Source: Amoebidium appalachense (Eukaryota > Protista > Ichthyosporea). Taken from it: a DNA stretch of 64,000 nucleotides. The DNA lies in contig CAVNZM010000020.1 in assembly GCA_963693365.1 (NCBI GenBank), forward strand, positions 1 through 64,000, read 5' to 3'. Below are positions 1-13,607 of the stretch, in pieces (within the stretch, counting starts at the first letter, position 1; each line of letters opens with the position of its first letter). Both the position numbers and the translations under genes were made by a program. The notes beneath the pieces were generated by a model that saw only the letters and a list, made by a program, of their open reading frames with translations, was not told where the DNA came from and searched no databases.

Positions 1-494
1 ATCTCGTTTGTATTTTCCCAAATATAGTAACTTACATTCCTTTCTCATTCCTTTCCCACGACGTAGCATTGTGCTATGTTCTTCAACTATTAGGAATAAT
101 TATATTTAGACGTGTTATGATAAGAACATGTATAAATATATGTTATGAATTAATAGTTACGTAAGTGGTTTCATTTTATTAAATGTTTCCGTGCTTTTAT
201 TAGAAGTTTCTTTCATTAGAGGATTGAGTTTTATATTCTAAATGTCGACAGACATTTTATTCGATATATTTTACACTCATAGTTTTCGTCCTTTTGATTG
301 GTTTATCGTTTCACATTCCCAAGTATAAAAGGGACCTCATCTTGAAATAAATCATAAGCAGTCGTATTCATTTCCTATGGTTCCAGAAATCGTTCCTCCT
401 CTCCGGTTGTGTTTTTCCCGTGTGTCTCTGTGTTGTGTATATCATAACACCCATCTGTGCTCTCTGCTTCTCCGTTTACCCACACAAAATAACA
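1..494 (+). mobile_element. Copia family A LTR (3' part; runs off the window), inserted into the protease region of Copia B1
   Basis: Near-identical reverse complement of 61272-61765 (LTR of Copia A2). Ends ...AAATAACA at 494 and abuts family-B pol sequence rather than a PBS. Confidence 0.9.
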
Positions 495-2364
495 GGCAGT
501 GCCATGGTCGGTGGTGGTGTTGATGACGATATGGCCGGTGTGAGTGGCCAAGACGGGGGTGCCATTGAAGGCAGCAACGGGAGTCGGTGTCGGAAGGGGA
601 GTGAGGTCTTGGAAGAACTCACGGGTGGGGCAGACAGTCATGTTGCACCCGGAATCCCAGGCAGGGTCGGAGGACACGGGGACGGAGCTAGTTGTATGGC
701 GAGAAAGCAAAGGAGACAGATTTCTCACTGCCTTGACGGGAACGGTTGTGTCTGGACATACGGCATTTCGGCTCAGGGCAATCGATGATCGTGTGATCAG
801 GCTCGTGGCAGTAGGAGCATGCTTTCACAGACGGGGTGTTAGAATGAGCCGGGGAATCAGAACGACGGGAACCCGAGAAACGGGAACGACTGGGGGAACG
901 AGACGTGGACCGGAAGGCAGGCCGGTGGGGGGAACGGGATCGGGTGTGCTGACGGGAGAGACGAGTTCGGAGGTCCGTACCAGGGGTACGGTCAAGTCGG
1001 GTGCGTAAGTCACGGCGAGGAAGATCACGGGGGGGAGCACTGGCATTTAATGCCATGCTGGACTTGGAGGCACGGTGGGCACGGTTGCTCCGGAGTTGCA
1101 TCTTGAGGTCTTGACGTAACTCGATGCCCTTGACGTGGTTGTGGAGGGACTCGAAGTCGGGGAATAGCTTATCACCGAAGTGATAGTCTTCGATAAGACG
1201 GTTGAACTCAGGGGTGAGGTCGTCTCTGGTGGTGAGTTCATTGAAGAACTTCTCAGCTAGACGAGTGAAGTGAATGGACTCATCTTGAAGAGACTGGAGC
1301 TGGTTCACGATGGTCTGCAGACGGCTCAGGTAGGTGGTGAATGATTCACCGGGCTGAAGGGCACAGGCATCCCACTGACGGTGAAGGATGCGGATCTGAT
1401 CGGGTTTGCCTTGGAGATAGTGTTGACGGAATTTCCACATGGCCCGTTCAGGGTCCATGCCAATACGGTACTGGGCAACGGTGGTGAGTGTTATGTGGCT
1501 CGCCGATCTGGTTTTTGATTGGTGCGGCTGGATGGCATTCCTGTCCCACAATCACGGCTACGAAATTGCTTTGGTATAAAAGCAATTCGGTAGGTCAGTT
1601 CATCTGGGGAATGATTGCCGGTAATGGTGATCTGGCACAATAAATGGTTGCGCCTTTCAATGACGTACACCTAGCCCGCCACATAGTAACAGTAAGCCAA
1701 GCTCCCAGAAGAGCGACCGCGAGTTGGACACGACAAGCTACACCCCCGCTGGGTCTTTCGTGCCCATGGAGTCGAGTCAGGAGACTCTAGCTTGTCCTTT
1801 GCGGGAGGGGATTGTTATGTGGCTCACCGATCTGGTTTTTGATTGGTGCGGCTGGATGGCATTCCTGTCCCACAATCACGGCTACGAAATTGCTTTGGTA
1901 TAAAAGCAATTCGGTAGGTCAGTTCATCTGGGGAATGATTGCCGGTAATGGTGATCTGGCACAATAAATGGTTGCGCCTTTCAATGACGTACACCTAGCC
2001 CGAGACATAGTAACAGTAAGCCAAGCTCCCAGAAGAGCGACCGCGAGCCGGACACGACAGTGAGGACGGAAGGGTCGATGTTCTGTATCATATGGAGCAG
2101 GAGGCAATTGCGGGCCTCCTTGAGTTCCGCGGTAGTGCCGTAGCCATAGAAGGGGGGTTCACCGTCAACCGCGACGGTGGTAGGGGGGACGTAGTGGTCA
2201 GCAAGTACAACATCCACGAGTCGGACACCTTTAGTGCCGGTCATCATGCCGAGAAAAATGATTTCCCATTGAAAATAGGTGGTTTTGCTACCCCTATCGG
2301 GACCAGTCTTCCCTTCACCTTTCCACATGGTGATTTTGTTTACGCCAGTTTTGTTTGGATCCAT
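495..2364 (-). pseudogene. gag: Copia gag-protease, split by a TRIM insertion and a frameshift
   Basis: ORFs 1981-2364 and 688-1551 join into one gag once 1489-2059 is removed (compare uninterrupted ...PSVLTTVAQYRIG... at 62069-62632). CCHC knuckle present; PAWDSGCNMTVCP aspartic-protease motif in ORF 375-728. Confidence 0.85.
1489..2059 (+). mobile_element. TRIM (terminal-repeat retrotransposon in miniature), 571 bp
   Basis: Two 247-bp near-identical LTRs (1489-1735, 1813-2059; TGT...ACA), 77-bp internal region ending in PPT GCGGGAGGGGA, 5-bp TSD GTGAG (1484-1488, 2060-2064). Confidence 0.92.
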
Positions 2365-2426
2365 GATTGAAAAACGAGCGCTAGTTCTAGATGTGTGTAG
2401 GGAGCGTGCAAAAGGGCTGCATAACC

Positions 2427-3359
2427 TGTTAAATTATATAAGTATTTGGGATGTAAGCAGAGACACAGTGGTGCAGTGTGAAAACACCACAGACACACAC
2501 AACAACAAAACACGGAACGATCGGAGCAGTGTACACAACAGACATCAATGTTTAGACACGACTGAACTCAATTTATTTTGATCGCTAATAAATACCTGAA
2601 ATTCCCTTAAGTTAAATCCATACATGATTTCCGACCAGTCGGAAATCAGATCTATGTCTAAAATAACCAATCACAATTAACTGATTATTTCCCGGATAGA
2701 TCCGGAGACACAGGAACGCACACCATAGGTCACAGCTATAAGAAAGAAAAGAGGTGAAGAGTAACGAGGAAAGAGGTGATGTTTCTAACCTATCATCGGC
2801 TACAAAGACTCAGACATTTTCTGACTAAGTCCACTGATTGGATATAGTACGGCAACACACAAAACAAAAGTGGTTGACTAAGCTATGAATCATACCTGAC
2901 AAGCTAAAGTGTAACCTAAGTGTTTTTCTACCAATCAAAACATAACGAGTACTATAAATCTACTCAACGTATATTAGTGAGAGAGAAATATAATTATGTG
3001 AAAGGAAACAAGAAAGAAAGAAAGAGAAAAGAAAGAAGAAGAAAGAGGAAAAAGAAAAGAAGGCAGGACAGAAAACACGAACATGAAAACACAGTTATAA
3101 CCGAAGATATTCATGTACACATAACATGTACACGTTTCTCCCTCACTGGGTAGACTCGTGTACCTATAATCAGTTGCTGTAATCGATATCTAATCACACG
3201 AATATAGCCGATACAACACGATTACAAGTACTCAAATACACTGGAGATCGATGTCATAATTTACGTACAAGGAGCACATCTCTTTCACTAAGTAAATGAA
3301 TGAAAACATAACACGAACTGAGAAGATCTTACAATATGTAAATACTACGTATTATAACA
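2427..3359 (-). repeat. 5' LTR of Copia B1 (933 bp)
   Basis: TG...CA termini, adjacent PBS, homologous to 62521-63445. Confidence 0.88.
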
Positions 3360-3567
3360 CCGATCAGATCCGCATCCTTCACCGTCAGTGGGATGCCTGT
3401 GCCCTTCAGCCCGGTGAATCATTCACCACCTACCTGAGTCGTCTGCAGACCATCGTGAACCAGCTCCAGTCCCTCCAAGATGAGTCCATTCACCTCACTC
3501 GTCTAGCTGAGTTCTTCAATGAACTCACCACCAGAGACGACCTCACCCCTGAGTTCAACCGTCTTAT
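3360..3567 (+). pseudogene. gag: Fragment of family-B gag in opposite orientation (continuation of the B2 gag broken at 62075)
   Basis: Encodes DQIRILHRQWDACALQPGESF...PEFNRL. Starts with CCGAT, the same 5-mer at which the B2 gag stops. Confidence 0.85.
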
Positions 3568-4007
3568 AATACGTAGGGTTAGGGTTTCAAGCAGAACGTT
3601 TGATTTACACTTTTCTACTGTCGTTTTCAGTGCACAAAACACATAGACAAGTTACCCATCATACACGACACTATGTCTGACAACTTACAGTTGCAGCAAC
3701 TAGTCCAACTACTGGAGCAGAGGTTGGCCTCACAAGATGCAATCATTTCTGACTTACAGAAGGAACAACGTGCACTAGAACTAGCTTCTATGAACACGAT
3801 GTCCAACACTTTCTGCATCTTCCTAATGATATATAATATCCATATTATATCTCTTCCATGACATTTTATCGTCGTTGCAACTAACAGCATTGTCTTGTCG
3901 ACTGGTGGGTGGGTGGGTGGGTGGGGGGGGGGGGGGGGGGTTCTTTCACGGTACAGTTGGCAGCTACATGGGTGTGCAAACAATGCCCCCCCTTCCATCC
4001 CACCCCC

Positions 4008-4048
<41 letters not shown>

Positions 4049-4262
4049 GCAAGCATGAAAAAGTGGCAACTTACCCTATCTACACGCATATCGATATCTG
4101 ATTCCTTCATGCACTCACACCTTAACCTTTTCTTTTCTGTTTGCGTGCGGCCATTCGTTGTCTTTCCTTCCGCTCCGCCACCGGAACTCTTTTCTTCCCG
4201 CCCACCTGCCTGCTCTTGATCATCATCATGAAGTTCTTGGTCTTCTTCTTGGCCTGTGTGTG

Positions 4263-4331
<69 letters not shown>

Positions 4332-4921
4332 ATGTGGTGTGTGCACGTATGTACGTGTGTATATGTATGTGCATGTGAGTAGATATGCACACATGTACAT
4401 GTGCGATCGTTTTTGTTCGTGTGTGAAAGTATGTACTCGTGCTCGTGTATGTGTGTGTGAATGTGTGTGCGAATGTGTGTGGGCGTGTGTGTGTGTGTTA
4501 GTATCAGTGCCACTGGTTTGAAATTCACCCCCTGATTTGCGTATAAACTAGCGGGGAGGGCGTGGGGAGAGAAAGGGAGGGAAGGGGGGCGGGGAGGGGG
4601 GGCAACAGCAGCAACAGCATAGATTACGAAGCCAGAAAAGTGAGGAATGTTTTCGTATGGGTTTTGAGGACGCGAATGAAAACAAGGGTTTAGTGGGTGT
4701 AAAAAACGCCGTATACCGTTTCCTGTACAAATCCACGACGGAAAACACCGTGTGGATGTATAAGAAAAGACTCGGAATAAGCACACGGAGACTATTCTCA
4801 AGCAAGGGGGGGGGGGGGGGAGGGGGGGAGGGGGGGCGGAGGGGAATGTGTTGAGGAGTATGGAAATCCTTTTTGCAACGGACAACACCAAGCTGATTCT
4901 ACAAACAAAAAAAGGAGAAGA

Positions 4922-4957
<36 letters not shown>

Positions 4958-4993
4958 GCCGTGTGCTGGCGGTATGTGTGGTGATGGTGTGTG

Positions 4994-5027
<34 letters not shown>

Positions 5028-5081
5028 CCCGGTGTGTGTGTGTGTGTGTGTGCCAGTGTGTGTGTGTGTGTGTGTGTGCCC

Positions 5082-5142
<61 letters not shown>

Positions 5143-6208
5143 GTGTGTGTGTGTGCCGGTGGGTGTGTGTGTGTGTGTGTGTGCGTGTGTGTGTGTGTGT
5201 CACCACTGTGTATGTGTACAGTGTGTGTGTGTCACGTGTGTGTGTGTACAGTGTGTGTTGGTGTGTGTGCGCTGGCGTATGCATGGTTTTTTTTTTTTTT
5301 TGGCATGTGTCTGGGCGGTAATAGTCTTACGTGACCTATACCCCCTTCCAATTGGAGAGGGGGCTTAGTCGTGGTCATGTGTGCTGTCTGTGCGATGGAT
5401 ACCCTTGTGTGTGTTTTGAGTGGGGGTGTGTGGGTGGGCAGGTAAGCGGATGGGTAGATGGGTGGACTGAGTGTGATTAAGTCTTGCTATGAATCAAGTG
5501 AAGATGACATCCCCACTCAAGGGTTGGAAGTTGGGTTCTCGTGAAGTTTGTTGATGTGACTGTTGATGTCAATACTCTCTGAGTCACACATGTAGAAGCA
5601 GGTGCCGTGAAGTCACAGTCAAGTTTCCCCACTCGAGAAGACAATGGAGAAGACTTGAAGGTGCAAGCCGGGGAAGAAAACCAAAACGGAAGAAGCACAT
5701 TTGTCAACGACGGTTGCCTCTGAAGACTCGGAACATGACGGTAGCTAACGACGATATATAAATATATATAGAAGAAAACAACTAGTGTATGTGTGATGTG
5801 TTGGTGGCTAATGATTGATACTGGGGACCACCCAGATAAACACAAGGCATGAACATCTTGTGGACTGATTTATAGACTGGTGGTCAACCAGTTAAGACAC
5901 GGGGAATGAGCATCCCGAGGACTAGGTTTAGACTGGCAGTCAACCAGCACGCCATGGCTATAGATAATTATTTATACTGGGACGCCATCCCAGTTCGACA
6001 GATATATAAGTCGAATATAAAAGAAAACCAATATATATGATGGTACATAAATAAACGACGGATGGTGGAGAAGAAGTCCCCACTGAAGATGCACACACTG
6101 AAGATCGATGAAGACAGCAGTAGACTTTCGTTGGGAGGTGTCTCTACATGGTGATGTGTAGACCACTGGCCAGGGCCCCAACCTACTTGAAGACCACTGT
6201 AGATGAAA

Positions 6209-6250
<42 letters not shown>

Positions 6251-6255
6251 CTCAG

Positions 6256-9200
6256 TCACGAAGACTGAGTGAAGCACGGTGCTGCTCGACGAGGGCGGGA
6301 GGGCCCGGGCAGGGGCTTGGTGAAGATGTCAGCCACGTTGTCTTTGGTGGACACGTAGGTGACGACCACATCCCCACTCTTGATGTAGTCCTTCGTGTTG
6401 TGGTACCGGACAGCAATGTGTTTGGTCCGGTGCTTGATGCTGTTGGTGTGCAGGAGGGCAATGGTGGACTGGTTGTCACAGTAGACGGGGGTGGGGTCGG
6501 TCATCGGGTAGCCGGGTTCACGGAGGAGATCACGGTGCCAGATGACGTTTTGAACAGCAGCATTGATGGCCAGAAGCTCAGCCTCGGTGGTGGATGTTGC
6601 CGTGATGGACTGCAGCTTCGAATACCATGTGATGGGGATGCCCTTGAAGAAGATGACGTATCCGGTGGTTGAACGACGGGTGTTGGGGCAGTTGGCAAAG
6701 TCGGCATCAGAATAACACTCCAGCAAGGGGGTGTTGTCGTCGGATGCAGACTTGTCGTAGTGAAGGCCGAGGTTGGAAGTGCCAATGAGGTACCGAACTA
6801 CACGGAGTAGACATTCCCATGCAAGTTTGGTGGGGTGGGCACTGAATCTACCGAGGTAGCCGATGGCAAAGGAGATGTCGGGCCGGGAACAACGAGCAAC
6901 CCACAAAAGACGGCCGAGTAGTTCACGGTAGGGAACCTTGATGGTTGGTGAGTCGTTCTCGTTGATGGTGATGACAGTGCCGACGGGAATGGGAGTACTA
7001 CCTTGGGGTGGGCATCGTTGAGGTTGAAGTCTCTGACGATGTCGTTGATGTAGGATTGTTGAAGCAGCTTGAGGTGACCGGGGGTGTGGATGAGCTGGGT
7101 GCCGAGGAAGATGTCGGGGAGGTCGACCTTGCAGAGAGCTGACTTCATGATGTGGTCTACTAGATCCTTGGTGTGGGAAGAGCCTGAGTTTGCCGTGCAG
7201 ATGATGATGACGTCGTCCACATAGTTGCCAGTGAGGATGATGTCACCGTTGGGGAAGGTCTTGATGTAGACACATGGATCTGAACGGAGACGTTCGAGAC
7301 CGTGAGCAAGGAGGACCTTGTCGAAGTACTCATACCAGGCCAGTGATGCTTGCTTGAGGCCGTAGAGTGCCTTCTTGAGTTTCCAGAACTTGTGCTCGTT
7401 GCCGGGGTTGATGAAGCCAGGTGGTGGCTCAATGTAGATGTCTTCTTGAAGAGGACTGTTGAGGAAGGCCGTTGAGACGTCGAGTTGATGAATCTCATGG
7501 TTGCCGTCCACACCGATGGCAAGGAGGGCACGGACGGAGGAGGACATCACCACGGGGGAAGAGGTGTCACCGTAGTCAACACCGTAGACTTGAGTGAAGC
7601 TTAAAGCTTTGCAACACCACGAGCCTTGATCTTGGTGTCACCGGCTGAGTTGAGGACTTTCTCAGTCACAATCCACTTGAACTTGATGATGTTGGCATCA
7701 GGGGGGGGATCAACGATGGTGAAGACATCCTTGGTGATGAAGGCTTGGTACTCGGAGGTGAGGGCAGCTATGAGGGCATCACCGTTGGGACCGTTGCAAA
7801 GCTTTTGAATGCCCTTGGGGAGTTGGTCAATGTTGATGGTCGGTGCTGTGATGCTGACCAGTGCCGTTGGAGGCTTGGTGAGACGTACAGACAGACGGAG
7901 GTTGGGTTTGGGGGGGTCCTTGAGGGGGGTGGAGGCCGGGGAGGTGTTGGAGGCCGGGACAGGGGCATGAAAGCCAGGAATAGGACTGGTGGTGAGGGGG
8001 GCATCGGTGTCCACAGGGCTGCTCGAGGCCGAGTGGAAGGTGGGGGACCCAGGACGAACCGGAGTCATGTAGCCGGGTTGATGCACAGCAACGGGGGGGG
8101 GGGCCGGCAGCAAGGGTTGTTGGCCAGTGGGGGGGGGGCTCGGGGGAGGCACGGGTTCAACCGGGGCTGGTTGGTTGTGCCAGGACGGTTGGGAGATGAC
8201 CACAGACGGAGTTTCATCGTCGTCGTCGGAGGGGGGGTCCAATGTCGGCAGATCGGGTTTGGGGGGATCGGGGACCTGATTGGTGCTGCTCATGAATTTT
8301 GACTCGTCGAAGATCACATCACGGCAGATCTTGACTTGGTTGTGGTCAAGGATCTTGTGTGCCTTGGAGGGCAGATCGCAGCCGACGTAGGTGCCGACTC
8401 TGACGGTTGATGCAAGCTTGTTCCTCTTGGATCGGGGAACATGCACATAGGCAGGGGAGCCGAACACGTGGAGCTGGGAGACGTCGGGTTTGAAGCCGTG
8501 GAAGGCCTCGAAGGGGGTGTTGCCGTTGGCAGCAGATGACGGTGTGACGTTGATGATGTAGCCAGCATGCTTGAGAGCAGCAACCCACAACTTGGGAGAG
8601 AGACTCGGAGGTTGGTCCTTGTCGGCATGGAGGAAGCAACGGACTGTCTCTTGCAGTTCTCTCATCTTCCGTTCAACAACACCGTTGTGCTGTGGTGTGT
8701 CGACGGGGGCAAACTCCATGATGATGCCTTTCTGCTTGCAGTAGGCCTCGGTGTCCCTGGAGGTGAACTCAAAGAGCCGGAGTTAAACCGAAGATGGGTG
8801 ACGATCTCAGGTGTCTGACGTTCGATGGTTTCAACGAGAGACTGAATGTAGCTGAGGGTTTCACCACGGTTGTAGAGGGGGAACACGGTGGTGTAACCGG
8901 TGGCATCACAAACACACACCAGAGCAACCTTGTAGCCTCCGTAGGAAGCACAAGGAGCTTCGAAGAAGTCCAGGTGCCACTTAGCACCGGGGATGGTGAA
9001 CCGGGAACGGGTGCCGGGAAATGGAGTCTTGGTGGTCTTGCCAGACATGCAGCCGAAGCAGTCACTGTTGTCGGGTGACTTGAGGGAGGGGGGCATGCCG
9101 ATGACAAGCTCATCCTTGGCCATCCTGGTGACGGTGGAGAGGGCACAGTGGCCGAGACGGTTGTGCCAAAGGGTGAGGTCGTCGGTTGGTTGAGTCCTTG

Positions 9201-9930
9201 CTTGTTGTTTTTGTACGGGTCTGAGGGAGCAGAGTGCACAGAGGTGTCATGTAAAACACGACTAACACATTAATGAGAGGGCAATCGGAGTTGTTCACGA
9301 GACATTGAAAGATTTCAAACAACAACTGAATCTTTATTGTGCTCTCGGTTCCTTTTGTACTTGCGACTTATCACCTTATCACAACTAAAGAGGGAGAACC
9401 AATCAGTTCTATCAGAAGATAGAAAAACACATTCCGACAGAGCATACGCATTCCAACTTCCGATTAAACTAAAGTGTAGAAACTCTTACTTAAATAAATT
9501 ACGTAATTATACATCTAGTCACTATTAACTCACATATATATTTATGTTCGTCTCTATAAAGAAACTTATTTAAATACATATATTTCCTAACAGTCGACAC
9601 TCTCAAAGTGAAGACACTTTGCAATAAACCGAATTCCATATATATCCATTGTCCAATCACAACACACATATATTAACAGACAGGAATGCACAACACAATC
9701 TACAGATGTACTCGCTCGCGACTATTGGCGAGCCATCCTTTTGAGAACAAACTAGGCCATTTTGAAATAAAGGAAAGACAACGAGTAAGGCTAGCCAATC
9801 ACGCTACCTCTCAGATAAACAGAGGAGAGCAAATAGAAATAAAACACAATAAGTTCTTATCAGGCAAGAGAGCCAGGTGTGCACAGATCTACAGATATCT
9901 GTGCCCACAGAAACAAGGGAGAGAGAGATA

Positions 9931-10010
<80 letters not shown>

Positions 10011-10650
10011 ACAAAGGAGGAAAGCAGACACGAATACAAACAAGCTAGGACACATACATACTTCAAGGCTCTTGCTGTCATACATGGTGACGTATTCCAA
10101 CATTGCTGTGTAGGCTTGGACCCACGGGTGTTGAGGAGTGTCAATCACATAGTCAGTGATGTAGTAGAGACCGTTGACGGGGGTGAGATCGGAAATGATG
10201 TCACCATTACGGCTGTAGAGGAACTGCGGGTGGTTGTCTGCATCCGATTCGTCACAATGACCCAGGAGGCCGGCAGTTGAGGCCATGGAGGTAGACACGA
10301 GGAAGGATGGTGACTCGGGTACGTAGAAAGCATTTATGCTGCACGGGGTTGAGTGGCCGTTGTAGTGCAGTGTCATGTTGATGATGCCACGGTGTGTGGC
10401 ATTGACGGTGCCGAGGCCGTGAATGGGGGTGGGAGGACACGGGGTAAGGGAGGAGAAAATACTCCTTGATGGGGCAGATGTGTGCATTACAAGCACTGTC
10501 CCAGACGGGGTCGTCACGGTCGGGTGTGCCGGTGGAGGAGATGAGTGCAAATTGCACACTCTTGTTGCCTCTCTCCTGTTTGGGACGACGAGCAACAGGA
10601 CAGCCAGGCTCCGGGCATGCTGTGATGTGGTGGGGCTCATGGCAGTAGGA
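6256..10650 (-). pseudogene. pol: Copia pol (protease, integrase, RT, RNase H) with several frameshifts and a solo-LTR insertion
   Basis: WDSAC protease; PQHNGVVERK integrase; QLDVSTAFL, KALYGLKQA, YVDD RT; YSDADFA, STTEAE, RTKHIAVRYH, ADIFTK RNase H. Confidence 0.93.
9203..10102. mobile_element. Solo LTR (900 bp) inserted in Copia A1
   Basis: TGTTG...CAACA termini with 5-bp TSD TTGCT (9198-9202, 10103-10107). Removing it restores the A2-like sequence GTCCTTGCTGTGTAGG. Confidence 0.9.
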
Positions 10651-11192
10651 ACACTCCACCTTCTTGGTGTTCATCAGCAATCTTCCCCCCCCATCGGAAA
10701 CCCCTCTACGACGTCGACGACGGGTTCGGAGTAGTTTACGATACCTGAATGGCTGCGTTTGGTACCCTCGACAGTTTAATGGATGGAAAAGCTGAAAACC
10801 CATCGTCGACGTCGACAAGCATGTTACAGGGTAATAAAGAGGTCCACTGATTTCTCGACCCTCATGTGTATATGCCAACGTCATCCTATGGACATGCTGT
10901 GCATGCGTTTACACCGTCCATTAAACAAATGTAGCACCTATTCCAATGCTATAGATGTGCTATGGACGTCGTAAGCCTGTTCTACGTATGTATACTGTGT
11001 AGGCTAACATGATGGGTATCATCGACGTCGAAAACAAAGCATACTGTGAAGGCGATTCTAAGCATCTTAATATGAGGTTTCCGACGTCTGTAAACTAATA
11101 AGAAACGGCGAATTCTGCAATAATAAATACTGTTTTTATAATGTATAAGTACAATAGTTTTATGTGTATATATATATATATCATATAGTATA

Positions 11193-11246
<54 letters not shown>

Positions 11247-11317
11247 AGTTGGGGTTTTTATAATGTATAAGTACAATAGTTTTATGTATATATATATAGT
11301 ATACTATATATATAGTA

Positions 11318-11376
<59 letters not shown>

Positions 11377-11432
11377 TGGGGGGTAGGGGTGTCCTGGGAA
11401 TGAATGACCCCCGGAGTAGTTTTTCATAGAAG

Positions 11433-11630
11433 CCCCATACGACCACCATAAGGATCGCTAATTATACCCCCATACGATCATTATAATGATCTCATTATAT
11501 GCCCCATACGACCACCATAAGGATCGCTAGTTATACCCCCATACGATCATCATAATGATCTCATTCTATGCCTCATACGATCATTATAGTGATCACATAC
11601 CAAAATCCATACGGTCATCATCATGATCAC
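11433..11630. repeat. Short tandem repeats (CCCCATACGA(C/T)CA..ATAA.GATC), resembling CACTA/Plavaka subterminal repeats
   Basis: About six degenerate 33-38-bp units visible directly; located near the Plavaka-like remnant. Confidence 0.55.
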
Positions 11631-12005
11631 AAGGAGATTATCTAACGGGCGCAACTGACATGTGAATTTGTTTTTGCACGCCTCGTGGAAAGCGGATGAG
11701 GCTCATCAGGTGGCCGCGGAATGAAAGTGGTGATATCCCCCCATTCCGACCGGTTTTGTTAGACCCCCCACACAGAGAAACTGCCTAATGCAAAGTTTGG
11801 TTGTGCTCCCAACAATCCCCTGCACGTTATTAACCGTTGAATCCCCCCCCTTTCCCTATGTATTACAGCGCATTTTGCATAATATGGACGTACAACGGTC
11901 AATAACTTTTCCCGGGACAGTCCGACCGGTTTTGTTACATCACCCACACAGAGACACTGCCTAATGCAAAATTTGGTTGGGGCCCCATCAATCCCCTGCA
12001 CGTTA

Positions 12006-12711
12006 TTAACCGTGCAAATGTATCCATGTTGTAGTATCCACCTTTCGGTGGTTCACATGTCTAGTAGGTGTAATAAAGATGTCCAAACATAATCCATAAC
12101 ACGCCTTATGTATATCCATGGGCCATCCCCAAGACTGTAACAATACCATCCATATTACTGTCGTAAAACGATATATCGTACGGTACAAACGGTCGTAAGA
12201 CGATACATAATATTGTCGACATGCGGACAACGACATACAAACATGCTCGCCGGATATCGTAGATTTCACCATATTTTGGAGTACTAGTACTCAACTGCAA
12301 AATATTCAATGCAGAGTTCTTGTCGGTCATACGATACGGCATCTTGCAGTAGTATTTGTGTGCACGCTCCCAGCTCTCAGCTGACTCCACCGGGCCAAAG
12401 AGGCGATAGTCGTCAGAATAATGCACACCAGCATGGAATTTCGATGTTTTGAGTTCGTTTTTGGTGGAGTCCTTGAAGCACTCGTACGCAGCTTTGCCGA
12501 ACCTGCGTTTTTTGTTGGTGATATTACTTTACAATATAATGCACTAGAGCAGCACGGAGTCCCTTACCAAATGGCGAAAGTTCTGCCATCGTTTCGTGTA
12601 GGATCTATACACCAAATGGCGAAAGTTCTGCCATCGTTTCGTGTAGGATCTATACACCTAGACACGTGCAGGGGGCGGGGGGGGTGGTCGTAGTGGGAAG
12701 GAGGGAAGACA

Positions 12712-12774
<63 letters not shown>

Positions 12775-12880
12775 CGGCAGACACGTACGTTCTGTAACGC
12801 TCCTTCATCTCGTTGAGTGAGTCCTTTTTTATAATGTATTTCCGTTTATATATTTACACATAATCGCCACATGCATTTAC
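12006..12880 (-). pseudogene. Plavaka/CACTA-like transposase C-terminal remnant (spliced)
   Basis: Manual translation ...DSLNEMKERYRT|FGKAAYECFKDSTKNELKTSKFHAGVHYSDDYRLFGPVESAESWERAHKYYCKMPYRMTDKN resembles the K(F/L)HxxxHY...R.FG...E..E..H...K..YR.TN pattern of Plavaka transposases. Stops upstream. Confidence 0.6.
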
Positions 12881-12918
12881 CGGTGCGCCATGATAAACAC
12901 ATGGCCGGCTTATCATTG

Positions 12919-12919
<1 letters not shown>

Positions 12920-12954
<35 letters not shown>

Positions 12955-13080
12955 CACACACGGCCTTCGATACCGTCCAGTCTTGCTCTTCCCAAGGCAT
13001 CCACATGCGCGCACACAATGCAGAAACATGCACTCACACACACGCACGCACACTGGCACACCGGGACACACACACACACC

Positions 13081-13178
<98 letters not shown>

Positions 13179-13377
13179 ACACACACACAAACACACAACA
13201 CACACACACACATACAGAGAGACACACACACATATGCACACACACGGTGCATTTCCTCCCCTCCCATTCCCTCTCCACAGAGCACACACACACACACACG
13301 TGCACACATGCACACACATGGTGCATCCCCCCCCCCCCCCTTCCCTCTCAACCGAGCACATACACACACACATACAT

Positions 13378-13414
<37 letters not shown>

Positions 13415-13567
13415 CACACATGCACACATGCACGGACACGAATCCCCCCCTTCCCCTTCCCTCTCCACCGAGCACATGCACACATGCACAGACATGCACA
13501 CACACACACACACCACACACGACGCACACAGACATGCACACACACACAAACACACAACACACACACA

Positions 13568-13607
<40 letters not shown>

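Larger units (their letters stand above)
495..3359 (-). mobile_element. Ty1/Copia element, family B copy 1 (5' LTR, PBS, gag, start of protease), interrupted
   Basis: LTR 2427-3359 (TGTT...AACA), PBS GGTTATGCAGCCC directly after it on the - strand, gag with CSYCHEPDHTIIDC knuckle, protease motif WDSG. A related copy lies at 62075-63445. Confidence 0.9.
5478..10685 (-). mobile_element. Ty1/Copia element, family A copy 1 (5'-truncated, degenerate)
   Basis: Domain order knuckle-PR-GAG-pre-IN-IN-RT-RH. PPT (TGAGTGGGGA on -) next to a 32-bp remnant of the 3' LTR (5478-5509) that matches the end of LTR 61272-61979. Confidence 0.92.

Noticed and set aside
3575-3587. TAGGGTTAGGGTT telomere-like seed after the gag fragment
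   Set aside because: Only about two units; compatible with chance.
3673-4920. Short exon-like or coiled-coil ORFs (MSDNLQLQQ..., GQEEDQEL..., GFEDANENK...)
   Set aside because: Could not be chained into a gene or assigned to a family.
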